Source: Dehalococcoidia bacterium (GTDB lineage Bacteria > Chloroflexota > Dehalococcoidia > Lucifugimonadales > Australimonadaceae). From it: a stretch of 64,000 bases of DNA. The translations under genes and the position numbers were made by a program. The stretch covers positions 512,083 to 576,082 of the forward strand of contig CBDEVR010000002.1 of the NCBI GenBank assembly GCA_965243745.1. Direction: 5' to 3'. Within the stretch, counting starts at the first letter, position 1; every line of letters starts with the position of its first letter. The notes beneath the pieces were generated by a model. It was not told where the DNA came from and did not search any database. It saw only the letters and a list, made by a program, of their open reading frames with translations. Below, one piece after another: positions 21,582 through 30,553 of the stretch.

Positions 21582-22823
21582 ATGTCGAAGGTCGACGAAG
21601 CCAAGGCGTTCATCGAGCCAACGGGCGAGAAGGAGCGCGCGGGAGTCGGTTCATGGAAGGTGCCGCGCACCCCGTACGACCGCTTCATGGAGGAGCAGGA
21701 ACTCCCCATCTACCGCGGACTCGGCATGTACGACATCCGTGAGATACCGAAGGCGCCGTGGAAGCGCATGGGCGGGCTCGGCTCCTTCATCCAGTTGGAC
21801 GGCACTGACGGCAAGCTCGGCATGTACGCATGGGAGCTTCCGCCGCGCTCCGAGTCTACGGTCGAACGCCACATCTACGAGGAGGTCTACTACGTCTTCG
21901 AGGGCCGGGGTACGACGGAGGTGTGGCGCGAGGGCAGCGACCGCAGGCACACGTTCGAGTGGCAGGCCGGCAGCCTCTTCGCGATACCGGTCAACACCAA
22001 CCACCGCATCATCAACGCGAGCTCCGGCCCTGTCGTCCTCGTCGGCGGCACGACCGCCCCGCCCCTCTTCAGCCTCTTCGACAGCGGGCGCTTCATCTTC
22101 GAGAGCGACTTCGCCTTCACCGACCGCTTCGACGACTCCGACGACTACTTCCGCCCGAAGGACACGCCGCTCGTCGCCGACCCGATGCGGCAGCGCGCCA
22201 TGCGCGTCACCAATCTCATCCCCGACATGGCAACGTGCGAACTGCCCCTCGACAACCAGCGCTCGCCCGGCTACCGGCGCGTCATCCCGCAGATGGCGCA
22301 CGGGCGCTTCAGCATGTTCGTGGGCGAGCATCACAGCGGCCGCTACTCGATGGCGCACCACCCCCCGGGGCCCGGCTCCGTCGTCCTCATCTGCATCAAG
22401 GGCTCCGGTTACACGGTGGCCTGGCCGCAGACCGCGACGATCAGACCCTGGGAGTCCGGCAACGGCGAGTCTGTCATGCGGCAGGACTACCGTGCGGGCG
22501 GGATGGTGGTGAACAACCCGGGCGGCACCGGTTGGTTCCACATGCACCACAGCACCGGCAAAGAGCCCCTGCGGCTCCTCGTCTTCGGCGGCGTTCCGTC
22601 AGGCGTCGGCATACAGCTCCTGCGCCAGGGCGAGAACGAGGTCTCCGGCAACCTGCCGCTTGAGATGGGCGGGCGCAGCATCACCTACCAGGCCGAGGAC
22701 CCGTTCATCCGCGAGGAGTACAAGCGCATGCTCGCCATCGAGGGCGTCGAGTTCGACATGCCGGACTGGGCCTACACCGGCGAGATACCTACCGGCCACA
22801 CACTGCAGGTCAGCGGGCCGTGA
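21582..22823 (+). CDS. Bicupin protein (putative dioxygenase)
   Basis: Two cupin motifs: RHIYEEVYYVFEGRG..IPVNTNH and HH..ICIKGSGY..WFHMH. Confidence 0.8.
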   Translation: MSKVDEAKAFIEPTGEKERAGVGSWKVPRTPYDRFMEEQELPIYRGLGMYDIREIPKAPWKRMGGLGSFIQLDGTDGKLGMYAWELPPRSESTVERHIYEEVYYVFEGRGTTEVWREGSDRRHTFEWQAGSLFAIPVNTNHRIINASSGPVVLVGGTTAPPLFSLFDSGRFIFESDFAFTDRFDDSDDYFRPKDTPLVADPMRQRAMRVTNLIPDMATCELPLDNQRSPGYRRVIPQMAHGRFSMFVGEHHSGRYSMAHHPPGPGSVVLICIKGSGYTVAWPQTATIRPWESGNGESVMRQDYRAGGMVVNNPGGTGWFHMHHSTGKEPLRLLVFGGVPSGVGIQLLRQGENEVSGNLPLEMGGRSITYQAEDPFIREEYKRMLAIEGVEFDMPDWAYTGEIPTGHTLQVSGP

Positions 22824-23581
22824 CGAAGGTCGGCTTCCTCTCACCCCTCACGAACTGGAACGACGCTCCGCTCGACTTCCTCCGCCTCGCGCCCGAGGGC
22901 ACCAGCGTCGCGGGCGCCTTCATCCCGTCTCGCGGCCAGGACCGGACGATGGCCGGCTTCGGCATCGAACGCATCGCGGCAGCGGTGCCGGCCATGCAGG
23001 AGGCGGCGCGAGACCTCGCGGAAGCCGGGGCGGACGTCGTCGTGCAGTTCGGCATCCCGTTCTCGCTCGTCCACGCGGAGCGTGCGCGAGATACACAGTC
23101 GCAGGTTGCAACTGCCGCAGGTGTCCCCGTCGTGCTGATGGGCGCCGCGATGCTCGACGCGCTCGACCACCTGGCCGTCCGTCGCATCGCCATCGCGGGC
23201 GGCTACTACACCCCGGATGATTGGGTCGCCATGGGCAGGCGCAGCTTTGAGTCCAACGGCTTCGACGTCGTTCTCCAGGAGAACTGGATCGAACAGGGCA
23301 TCGTCGGTTCGACAGAGGAGTCCGACAGGCTCGCATGGGAGCAGGACGCAGCCGTCACGAAGGCGCACGTCCTCAGGACGGCGGAACGCACGGGAGGCCG
23401 CGCCGACGCCGTCGTTGTCTGCGGTGGTGGACTGCGTCTCCTAGGTCACGCCGCGGAACTCGAAGCGACGACCGGCCTGCCGGTCGTCGCAGGAGACCTC
23501 GCCATGTTCTGGGCAACGCTCAGGGCGATGAACGCGAAGCCGCGCAACACCGGCTGGGGGCGGCTGCTCGACGGCCTCTAA
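22820..23581 (+). CDS. Asp/Glu racemase / arylmalonate decarboxylase / maleate isomerase family protein
   Basis: ADVVVQFG, DAVVVCGGGL, ELEATTGLPVV; GTGA overlap with the cupin gene. Confidence 0.78.
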   Translation: MTKVGFLSPLTNWNDAPLDFLRLAPEGTSVAGAFIPSRGQDRTMAGFGIERIAAAVPAMQEAARDLAEAGADVVVQFGIPFSLVHAERARDTQSQVATAAGVPVVLMGAAMLDALDHLAVRRIAIAGGYYTPDDWVAMGRRSFESNGFDVVLQENWIEQGIVGSTEESDRLAWEQDAAVTKAHVLRTAERTGGRADAVVVCGGGLRLLGHAAELEATTGLPVVAGDLAMFWATLRAMNAKPRNTGWGRLLDGL

Positions 23582-24075
23582 CCGTTCCGCGCAGCGTGCT
23601 CGCGTGCCGCCTGAAACGCCTGCGCGGCCAGCACGCGAATCTGCTCCCGAGGAGGCTCCGCCCCTCCACCGGGTCGGCTCAGGGCAGCACCCGCAGCCAA
23701 CTCCTCCTCCGTCGCCCAGAGCCATCCATCCGGCAGGCCGGTTACGGGAGCCGAGGGGCGACAGACGTAGAGGAAGTCGATGTGCTGGTGGAAGCCGTCC
23801 ACCGGGTCGTCGATGTTCTCGACGAGGATGGTCAGGGGCGGCGGCAGCTGGACCGGATAGGCGAGGCCGTTCTCAAAGTCCGCTGTCGGCACCACCTCAG
23901 CCGCTATCCCCGTCTCCTCCTCCACCTCCCGCAGGACGGCCTGCACCGGGTCCTCGTTCTCCTCGACATGCCCGCCGGGAGGAAGCCACATGTCCAACTT
24001 GGGGTGCCAGTGCAGCAGTGTCGCGCGGTCCTGAACGACGAACGCGGTGGCGGTGAAGTGTCTGACGAGGGCCAT
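23578..24075 (-). CDS. NUDIX hydrolase
   Basis: GGHVEENEDPVQAVLREVEEETG Nudix box. Confidence 0.92.
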   Translation of the reverse strand: MALVRHFTATAFVVQDRATLLHWHPKLDMWLPPGGHVEENEDPVQAVLREVEEETGIAAEVVPTADFENGLAYPVQLPPPLTILVENIDDPVDGFHQHIDFLYVCRPSAPVTGLPDGWLWATEEELAAGAALSRPGGGAEPPREQIRVLAAQAFQAAREHAARNG

Positions 24076-24091
24076 GCGTCAGCGAGGACCC

Positions 24092-24859
24092 TTACGGCGC
24101 CTGCCACGTCGCGTCGTGGACGCTCGCTATCGCCTTCTCCACGACCTCGTAGATGTAGCGCGCCGCGCTCGGCCCACCGTCGGTGCGGTCGATGGTGTCG
24201 GAGCGGTAGCCGGTCAGCGAGTAGCTCACGTAGATGCGTCCGTCCGACTCCGGTCCTGACTGCCCGCCGATCACGGGGATGCGCATCGTCTTCGCCACGT
24301 CGGCGTAGATGTCCAGCGTCACGTTCGTGAGGTCGATCATCACCGCGCCCGCGTCCTGCACCGCGTTCGCCCACTTCATGATGTGTTCATGCGCTTCCGG
24401 GCCGCCGTGACGCGGCTCGAACACCTCGAACCCGATCTGCGGATACACCGGCAGCCCCGCCTCGATCACCGCAAGCACGTCGTCGAACAGCTCCTCCTCC
24501 TGCGTGCGGATGTCGACCTTCGTCATGTCCGCGCCGGTCTCCGCCTTGATGCGGCGCGCCGCCTCCTCCACCGCCTTCGGCCCCGCGTTGCAGACGACGG
24601 TCGGCATGTCCACGTTGATGACGGCCCGCTCCGCCACGCGGCTCACCGCCTTGCCGAACAGCAGCATCGCGTCGAGCGAGAACTCGTCGTCGCTCTCCAT
24701 GCCGAGGAACGTCCTGCTGACGCTGTCACCGACCGAGAGCAGGTCGACGCCCGCGCGCTCCAGGATGCGTGCCATCTGCACGTCGTAGCAGACGCCCGCC
24801 GCGATCTTCCTCCCGTCGTCCTTCATCTGCTGCAGGTCGGCGATGGTCAGCCGCGCCAT
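24092..24859 (-). CDS. PanB-like (ketopantoate hydroxymethyltransferase fold) protein, non-canonical active site
   Basis: CYD, LSVGDS, VDMP, IPVIG, DG pattern of PanB; catalytic residues altered. Confidence 0.78.
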   Translation of the reverse strand: MARLTIADLQQMKDDGRKIAAGVCYDVQMARILERAGVDLLSVGDSVSRTFLGMESDDEFSLDAMLLFGKAVSRVAERAVINVDMPTVVCNAGPKAVEEAARRIKAETGADMTKVDIRTQEEELFDDVLAVIEAGLPVYPQIGFEVFEPRHGGPEAHEHIMKWANAVQDAGAVMIDLTNVTLDIYADVAKTMRIPVIGGQSGPESDGRIYVSYSLTGYRSDTIDRTDGGPSAARYIYEVVEKAIASVHDATWQAP

Positions 24860-24892
24860 GTGGTCCCTCCTCGTGTTCGTTCAACCGCTGCT

Positions 24893-26182
24893 TCAGGCCG
24901 GAGTGCACAGGCGCTCGCGCGCTGCGGCGTCGAGCTCCTCGCCCTCCTGCACGAGCGTCTCCCCGAAGCGCACGCGGTAGACGGAGCCGTCGCGCGACGC
25001 CAGTGGAGCGTCCGCGCCGTCCGCGAGAGAGCGCGCCTGCCGGAGCAGCCTGCGCCGCATCTTGATGATGGCGGAGTCGCTGGTGCCGAGGTGCTCCTCG
25101 AACCGCGCCACGATGGAGCCCATGCTCTCCTGCACCGCCATGTCCTGCGCCTGCGTGCCGGGGATGCCGCTGAACGTCCCGTTCACCTGCAGCTCCCGGT
25201 CGATCATGTAGTCGTTCTCCATGTTGCGCACGGGCAGGAACGAGCCAGGGAGCGCAGGTCCCGCGAAGTCTTCCGCCGCTTCGATATCCTCGCCGCTCAG
25301 CGGACGCTCGTCGTTCCACGTCACGACGATCGTCCAGCAGTTGTCGTCGTCTATGGGCGTCCACGCGATGCCCTGGCTGTTCAGGCCGGGCTTCGCCGAG
25401 CCCTGCTTGAACAGGTTGTAGAACGGCATCATCCAGTGGGTGAAGCGCCAGTAATGCACGCCCTCGCCGATGTCCCGCCGCGCGCCGACGCGCAGCCCGT
25501 AGTCGGTATCCTCCGGTAGGAACACGGGCGAACGATCGAGCGCGTGATAGCGGGCGCGCAGGTCGGTCGCGGCCTGGGCGCGCTCCAGCCACGCGGGCGT
25601 GCGGCGGAACGAGTCCACCGTCGCGTGCAGGAAGTTGGAGTGCGCCGAGTCGATGCCTCCCTCGAGGCCCTGCACCCAGTTCGTGCGCTCCAGCCGTTTC
25701 GTGACGTGGACATGCGACGGCGGCAGGCGCAGCCACGAGAAGTCCGGCATCGCAGGCGTCTCACCCGCGGGGCCGAGGTACGCCCAGACGACGCCCCCAG
25801 CCTCGACCGTCGGATACGCGGTCTGGTGCACCTTGTCCCGGTAGTTGCTGTTCGAGGGCTCGGAGGGCATGTCCACGCACTGGCCATCCACATCGTACTT
25901 CCAGCCGTGGTAGATGCAGCGCAGGCCGCCCTCCTCGTTGCGTCCGAAGAAGAGGCTCGCGCGACGGTGCGCGCAGCGCTCAGCCAGCAGCCCCACGCGC
26001 CCGGACGTGTCGCGGAACGCGACGAGCGCCTCGCTCATGAGTTGCGTGCGGACGGGCGGGCAATCCGGCTTCGGCAACTCGTCGGAGAGGAGGAACGGGA
26101 CCCAGAAGCGGCGCAGCAGGTCGCCCATCGCCGTCCCGCGCGACGTTGCGGTGAGGAGAGCGTTGTCCTCGGCGCTGAGCAT
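24893..26182 (-). CDS. Rieske oxygenase alpha subunit (phthalate 4,5-dioxygenase-like)
   Basis: CAH..CIYH, EGGIDSAHSNFLH, QDMAVQESMG; ATG 6 nt after TGCTATCGT. Confidence 0.92.
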   Translation of the reverse strand: MLSAEDNALLTATSRGTAMGDLLRRFWVPFLLSDELPKPDCPPVRTQLMSEALVAFRDTSGRVGLLAERCAHRRASLFFGRNEEGGLRCIYHGWKYDVDGQCVDMPSEPSNSNYRDKVHQTAYPTVEAGGVVWAYLGPAGETPAMPDFSWLRLPPSHVHVTKRLERTNWVQGLEGGIDSAHSNFLHATVDSFRRTPAWLERAQAATDLRARYHALDRSPVFLPEDTDYGLRVGARRDIGEGVHYWRFTHWMMPFYNLFKQGSAKPGLNSQGIAWTPIDDDNCWTIVVTWNDERPLSGEDIEAAEDFAGPALPGSFLPVRNMENDYMIDRELQVNGTFSGIPGTQAQDMAVQESMGSIVARFEEHLGTSDSAIIKMRRRLLRQARSLADGADAPLASRDGSVYRVRFGETLVQEGEELDAAARERLCTPA

Positions 26183-26246
26183 ACGGCAACGATAGCACGA
26201 ACCGATGACGGTTGCGGCAGCGCGGGACATCAGGACGGGAAGAGAG

Positions 26247-26324
26247 TGGCGCGCTAGGCGGGACTCGAACCCACGGCCTCATCCTCCGCAGGGATGCGCT
26301 CTATCCTGACTGAGCTACTAGCGC
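26247..26324 (-). tRNA. tRNA-Arg(GCG)
   Basis: Acceptor GCGCTAG/CTAGCGC, anticodon arm CATCC-CTGCGGA-GGATG, GTTCGAGT T-loop, CCA end. Confidence 0.93.
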
Positions 26325-26371
26325 ACTCTCAAGGTGCCCCCGGCTGTGGGCCGGAGGCGTCATCTTCGATT

Positions 26372-26457
26372 TGGTGCCGAGGGCGAGATTTGAACTCGCA
26401 CGCCCGTAAGGACACTGCGCCCTGAACACAGCGCGTCTGCCGTTCCGCCACCTCGGC
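26372..26457 (-). tRNA. tRNA-Leu(CAG)
   Basis: Anticodon arm CTGTG-TTCAGGG-CGCAG, long variable arm, CCA end. Confidence 0.95.
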
Positions 26458-26472
26458 ACGCCCCTCACACAG

Positions 26473-26549
26473 TGGTGGGCGATACAGGACTTGAACCTGT
26501 GACCTCTTGCGTGTGAAGCAAGCGCTCTAACCAACTGAGCTAACCGCCC
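26473..26549 (-). tRNA. tRNA-Val(CAC)
   Basis: Anticodon arm CTTGC-TTCACAC-GCAAG, TAGCTCAGTTGG D-arm, CCA end. Confidence 0.95.
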
Positions 26550-26644
26550 CACTGCGCGTCCCCTCATTGTCTGTCCGATGCGCCCTTCCTGTAAAGCCTC
26601 GGATGGCGCACAATGCAGCCCGCAACTCCCGCCGGAGGAACCCC

Positions 26645-27511
26645 ATGGCGAACCCGAGAGCCGACTTCGTCCCCCTGCCCGACAGGCCCACGCTGCACCT
26701 GCCGCGCGGCGCCCGCGTCGCCGTCGTGCTCGTGATGAACGTCGAGCAGAACGAGTTCGACCAGCACGTCGGGCGCCCGCTCAGCCCGCAGCCGCCGGGA
26801 CGCGAGCGCCTGCCGGACGTGCCCAACTTCTCCTGGTTCGAGTACGGCCTCCGCGCGGGCTTCTGGCGCATCCTCGACGCGACGCGCGAACACAAGGTCC
26901 CGATGACGATGGCGCTCAACGGCTCCGTCTGCGACGCCTATCCACAGGTCGCCCGCGCCGCCTTCGACGCCGGGTGGGATGTCGTCGCCCACGGCTACCA
27001 CCAGCGCCCGATGCCCGCCGTAGACGACGAGACCTCGGAGATCCGCCGCGCGCTCGACGCCATCGAGGCGTTCAGCGGCACACGGCCCCTCGGCTGGCTC
27101 GGCCCCGGCCTCGGCGAGACCGCGAATACGCCGGAGCTGCTCGTCAACGCGGGCATCGAGTTCGTCCTCGACTGGGTCAACGACGACCAGCCCTACGAGT
27201 TGAATGTCGCCAACGGCAGGCTCTTCTCCGTTCCCTACTCGCTGGAACTGAACGACATCGGCGTCTACATACGACTCGGCCACCCGGGGCCGTCGATGCT
27301 CGAGCGCGTGCACGACCACCTCACGACGCTGCTGAACGACGAGCCGGAGACCGCACGCGTGATGTCGGTGGGCCTGCACCCGTTCATCGTGGGCCAGCCG
27401 CACCGCTTCCCCTATTTTGTGAAGATGCTGGAACTCATCATGAACACCCCCGGCGCGATACCGATGACCGCCACCGAGCTGTACCGCTGGTACCGCGAGC
27501 AAGTGGGGTAA
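26645..27511 (+). CDS. Polysaccharide deacetylase family protein (PuuE-like)
   Basis: FEYGLRAGFWR, AHGYHQ, PLGWLGPG, DWVNDDQP, GLHPFIVGQP. Confidence 0.88.
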   Translation: MANPRADFVPLPDRPTLHLPRGARVAVVLVMNVEQNEFDQHVGRPLSPQPPGRERLPDVPNFSWFEYGLRAGFWRILDATREHKVPMTMALNGSVCDAYPQVARAAFDAGWDVVAHGYHQRPMPAVDDETSEIRRALDAIEAFSGTRPLGWLGPGLGETANTPELLVNAGIEFVLDWVNDDQPYELNVANGRLFSVPYSLELNDIGVYIRLGHPGPSMLERVHDHLTTLLNDEPETARVMSVGLHPFIVGQPHRFPYFVKMLELIMNTPGAIPMTATELYRWYREQVG

Positions 27512-27512
27512 T

Positions 27513-27587
27513 CCTTCCCCCTTGACGGGGGAAGGTCAGGATGGGGGTGACGATGCCCCCGTCATGCCAGCGAAGGCTGGCATCCAG
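27513..27587. repeat. REP-like palindromic repeats; first hairpin may also act as terminator
   Basis: CCTTCCCCC-TTGAC-GGGGGAAGG and GTCATGCCAGC-GAAG-GCTGGCATCCAG; same families as 19138-19262, opposite strand. Confidence 0.7.
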
Positions 27588-27878
27588 GTCCGTGTCAGCG
27601 CACGCGGTCGCACAGCGGGAGAGATACGCCCACGGGGATTAACCGCTCACTTCCGTGCATTCCCGCCTCATTCAACTCTGGTCCAGCGCCGCGCCATCAG
27701 GGCCTAGTCCGCTCACAACCGCTCATCACCGCTCGTTCCCAGTGCAAAACCGCCGATAGCCGCTCGGACATCCTGTATCTGCTCCGAACCCGGCTCTGCC
27801 CCGTCGAAGACAGCGTACGCGGTCAAGGGGCGACCGCGGAAGGGGCGGGTGTCACGGTGGGTGGCGAAGAGAGATTCT

Positions 27879-28505
27879 CTATTCCCGTGGCAGAAGAACA
27901 TTGCCTTCCGCGTCTCTTACGCACAGGTAAGCCTCTTTGGATTGACCCACCGAATAGATGTAGCCATTGTGTGAGACACTAATAATGCTGCTCTCCGCGT
28001 GCGTAGGTCCAACTATAGATGGATCCACCGGCGAAGCTTTACCATCCTCTGCATTCACAGTGTATAAGCCTGACCCTACTACGCGAATGTAAAGACTGTG
28101 GTCGTGAGCGCGTAAACCTGTCGCATAAAAATTCGACTGTCCTTCGATAGATATCTCAACACGATTGATTACTTCTGGTTTGGTCGAATTCAAATTATAA
28201 AGGACACTGGACGGGCTAGGGTATCTGATATCGCCTGTAGGAAGAGAAGTGCCACTTATGGTGGTACTCTTCCTACACAGCAGGAACAGGTTATCGTTCG
28301 CAGATGCCAAGCCTTCCGGGTATTCCCCATCGATGCACAAGGATTGCAGACTGATCTTCGGCTGGGGCATTGTAAGTCCAGTAGTCGTGTCCAGCACGTA
28401 AAGGACACACTGCGATTTCCCAATCATGTATAACTTCTCTTGATGCCACGCTAGTCCAGTAGGAGTTTCTTCATTTACACCAAATCCTATCGATTCCGCA
28501 GCCAT
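27879..28505 (-). CDS. Hypothetical protein with beta-propeller-like repeats, AT-rich
   Basis: Repeating PTGLAWHQEKLYM / PEGLASANDNLFL / ATGLRAHDHSLYI units; GGAGAAGG RBS. Confidence 0.6.
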   Translation of the reverse strand: MAAESIGFGVNEETPTGLAWHQEKLYMIGKSQCVLYVLDTTTGLTMPQPKISLQSLCIDGEYPEGLASANDNLFLLCRKSTTISGTSLPTGDIRYPSPSSVLYNLNSTKPEVINRVEISIEGQSNFYATGLRAHDHSLYIRVVGSGLYTVNAEDGKASPVDPSIVGPTHAESSIISVSHNGYIYSVGQSKEAYLCVRDAEGNVLLPRE

Positions 28506-28569
28506 CCTTCCTCCTTGTTTTGTCTTCCACGCACACGAGCGGCAACCCTACCCGTGCCTCCCCACCCCG

Positions 28570-29209
28570 TCAACCCTTAACCTCGACCCGCCCGACTGCG
28601 AAGCGTTCGCCCTCTGGTGGAGACGACTGGCCATATTCATCGTACCCCCAGCAAACAGCGCTGCCGTCCGGGCGAAGGGCACACGTGTGGTACCCTCCGC
28701 TACTGATGGACGCGAACCGCTCACCCTCAGGTGATGACGCTTCTCCGTGTGGATTGCGCCCCCAGCAAGCGGCACTGCCGTCGGGGCGAAGCGCGCATCC
28801 GTGTTCGAAGCCACTACTGATGGCCGAAAAGGTCCCTGCAAGCGGCGACGTCGCATCTCCGCGACCTCCCCAGCAGGCGGTGCTGCCATCAATACGTAGC
28901 GCGCATGTGTATCGACTGCCACTACTGATAGCCAGAAACCGATCGTCCTCCGGTGACTCCCTTATCGCACCCCAGCAAACCGCACTCCCGTCAGGACGCA
29001 AAGCACAGGTGTGACCACGCATGTTAGTGAAGCTGAAATCACCCCCGGTGCTGATTGAGGCGAAACGTTCACCCGCTGACTCTAACTCATGATACCCGCC
29101 CCAACAGACGGGGCTGCCGTCGGATAGCAACGCGCACGTCTGGTTGCTGCCGCTGCTGATGGACACAAATCGATCGCCTGGCGGCGACGCCTGACCATTA
29201 CGATTATTC
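28570..29209 (-). pseudogene. 3' half of RCC1-repeat lipoprotein gene interrupted by IS1595 element
   Basis: Five full SISxGxxHTCALRxDGSxxCWG repeats; joins in frame with 32851-34117 after removing the element and one TSD. Confidence 0.88.
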
Positions 29210-29226
29210 GGGGCTATATCACGATG

Positions 29227-29868
29227 CTAAGCAGACACCTTGATGCGGCCAATGTGCTCCGTGTCAGCCTCCTCTGTTCCGAATGAGTCTATGAGCGCCG
29301 GTATTGCCAGCAGGATGGCGAACACTGCCCCGAACCCGAACCATCCGACGCCCGTCCAGAACCACAGCCCGAGGCCAGCCGCGATGAACAGCACCGCCAT
29401 GACGACGGACGCGATAGCCTGCTCGAACTTGGCGTGCATAACGCCATGACGCTTGTGCAGTGCCTTGTTGGTCTGCCAGAACATGGGCGTGTGGCCACCC
29501 GGCTCGATGATATGCGCGTACTCGTGCAGCAGTAGCGATGTCGGCTCGCTGCCGCCCCACAGTCCGCCCTCCGCAGGCCCGCGCACGCACACCACACCCG
29601 CATGCTCGTGAGCGTGCGCGAGTGTGTTCCGCCAGTCCAATCCCCTACAGGGCCCAGCGACCTCCGCGTGTTCCCACACCACCTGGAGCATCGGGAACGC
29701 CTCGCGGATGCGTGACGGGATGACCACCGCGGCGGGTTGATTCGCATCGAGGTTCCGAGTCGCCTGCTCCACCATACCGGCGGCCCTGTAGCACTCCGGG
29801 CTACAGAAATCCTGCGCAGGAGTTTCGGGCTCGAACTCTCGACCACAAGTGCAAATCTTGGACGTCAT
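29227..29868 (-). CDS. Cargo: Zn-ribbon + HExxH zincin-like domain + two C-terminal TM helices
   Basis: CTC..FCSPEC, LLHEYAHIIEPGGH, hydrophobic C-terminus; GGAG RBS; stop inside left TIR. Confidence 0.7.
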   Translation of the reverse strand: MTSKICTCGREFEPETPAQDFCSPECYRAAGMVEQATRNLDANQPAAVVIPSRIREAFPMLQVVWEHAEVAGPCRGLDWRNTLAHAHEHAGVVCVRGPAEGGLWGGSEPTSLLLHEYAHIIEPGGHTPMFWQTNKALHKRHGVMHAKFEQAIASVVMAVLFIAAGLGLWFWTGVGWFGFGAVFAILLAIPALIDSFGTEEADTEHIGRIKVSA

Positions 29869-29881
29869 GCCAGTATCTCCG

Positions 29882-30097
29882 CTAAACCAAATCGGCGTCC
29901 CGCAGGATGCGGAACGCTGCACTTGCTTCCCCGAACGACGCCCGTGAGCCGTTGTCTGGGTGGTTGACCCCACGAGGCTCGTGACGTGAGCCGCCGCATC
30001 GCGGACACCTCACCCAGACCCGGAGATGCTGTGTCGTGTCGTACTCGTACATCCCACCCGCCCCTCTGCATCGTCGACAGTTCGCGGGGTAAGCCAT
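29882..30097 (-). CDS. Cargo: small Zn-finger protein
   Basis: CRRCRGAG..CPRCGGS (two CxxCxG motifs); AAGGAG RBS. Confidence 0.6.
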   Translation of the reverse strand: MAYPANCRRCRGAGGMYEYDTTQHLRVWVRCPRCGGSRHEPRGVNHPDNGSRASFGEASAAFRILRDADLV

Positions 30098-30397
30098 CGC
30101 AGCGCTCCTTTACGCGTCACGCAGGGCGGGCGGACGAGGAGCGGGGGTGCCCTCTCGCTCGCGTGAGCAGGTTGTTGCGAAACGTCCCTGATGACCTCAG
30201 AGGCGGCGAGAGGGCGTGGGCATACTGCCCACGCTGGGTGCCTTGGAGGCCATCAGCATCGGGACGTTTCGCGCTGCCACGGTACAGCGCACCATCCGTA
30301 GGACGCAATAGGTGTGCCTGTGGCCGCTTCCGGCGGTGGCTATACAAACTCTTGTTATGCGGTGTACGCTGAATGCATCTCCGCTCGGAGGTGTCGC

Positions 30398-30553
30398 GTG
30401 GGGAAAAAGAAGCGCCAGCCTCAGGTCATCCCGCCCATCCCGGCGTCGTTCGAGGACGTCGTGCAGGCCATCGCGAACACACCCCCTGAGCGTGTCTCGC
30501 CTCCCACTCAGGCTCCGCGCCGTCAAGCCACTCCCGCGACGAGGTCGCGGTAG
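30398..30553 (+). CDS. Small protein convergent with the transposase
   Basis: GGAGG RBS, 51 aa MGKKKRQPQVIPPIPASFEDVVQAIA. Confidence 0.5.
   Translation: MGKKKRQPQVIPPIPASFEDVVQAIANTPPERVSPPTQAPRRQATPATRSR

Noticed and set aside
26247-26549. tRNA cluster and tRNA-Ser (44337) as integration sites for the accessory genes
   Set aside because: No integrase in the window and no duplicated tRNA 3' end found by eye.
27590-27878. Possible gene remnant (62-aa ORF 27713-27901) downstream of the AT-rich gene
   Set aside because: No RBS or recognisable homology; cannot be supported from sequence alone.
30117-30347. 76-aa ORF between the transposase and the Zn-finger cargo gene
   Set aside because: No RBS or motif; coding status unsupported.
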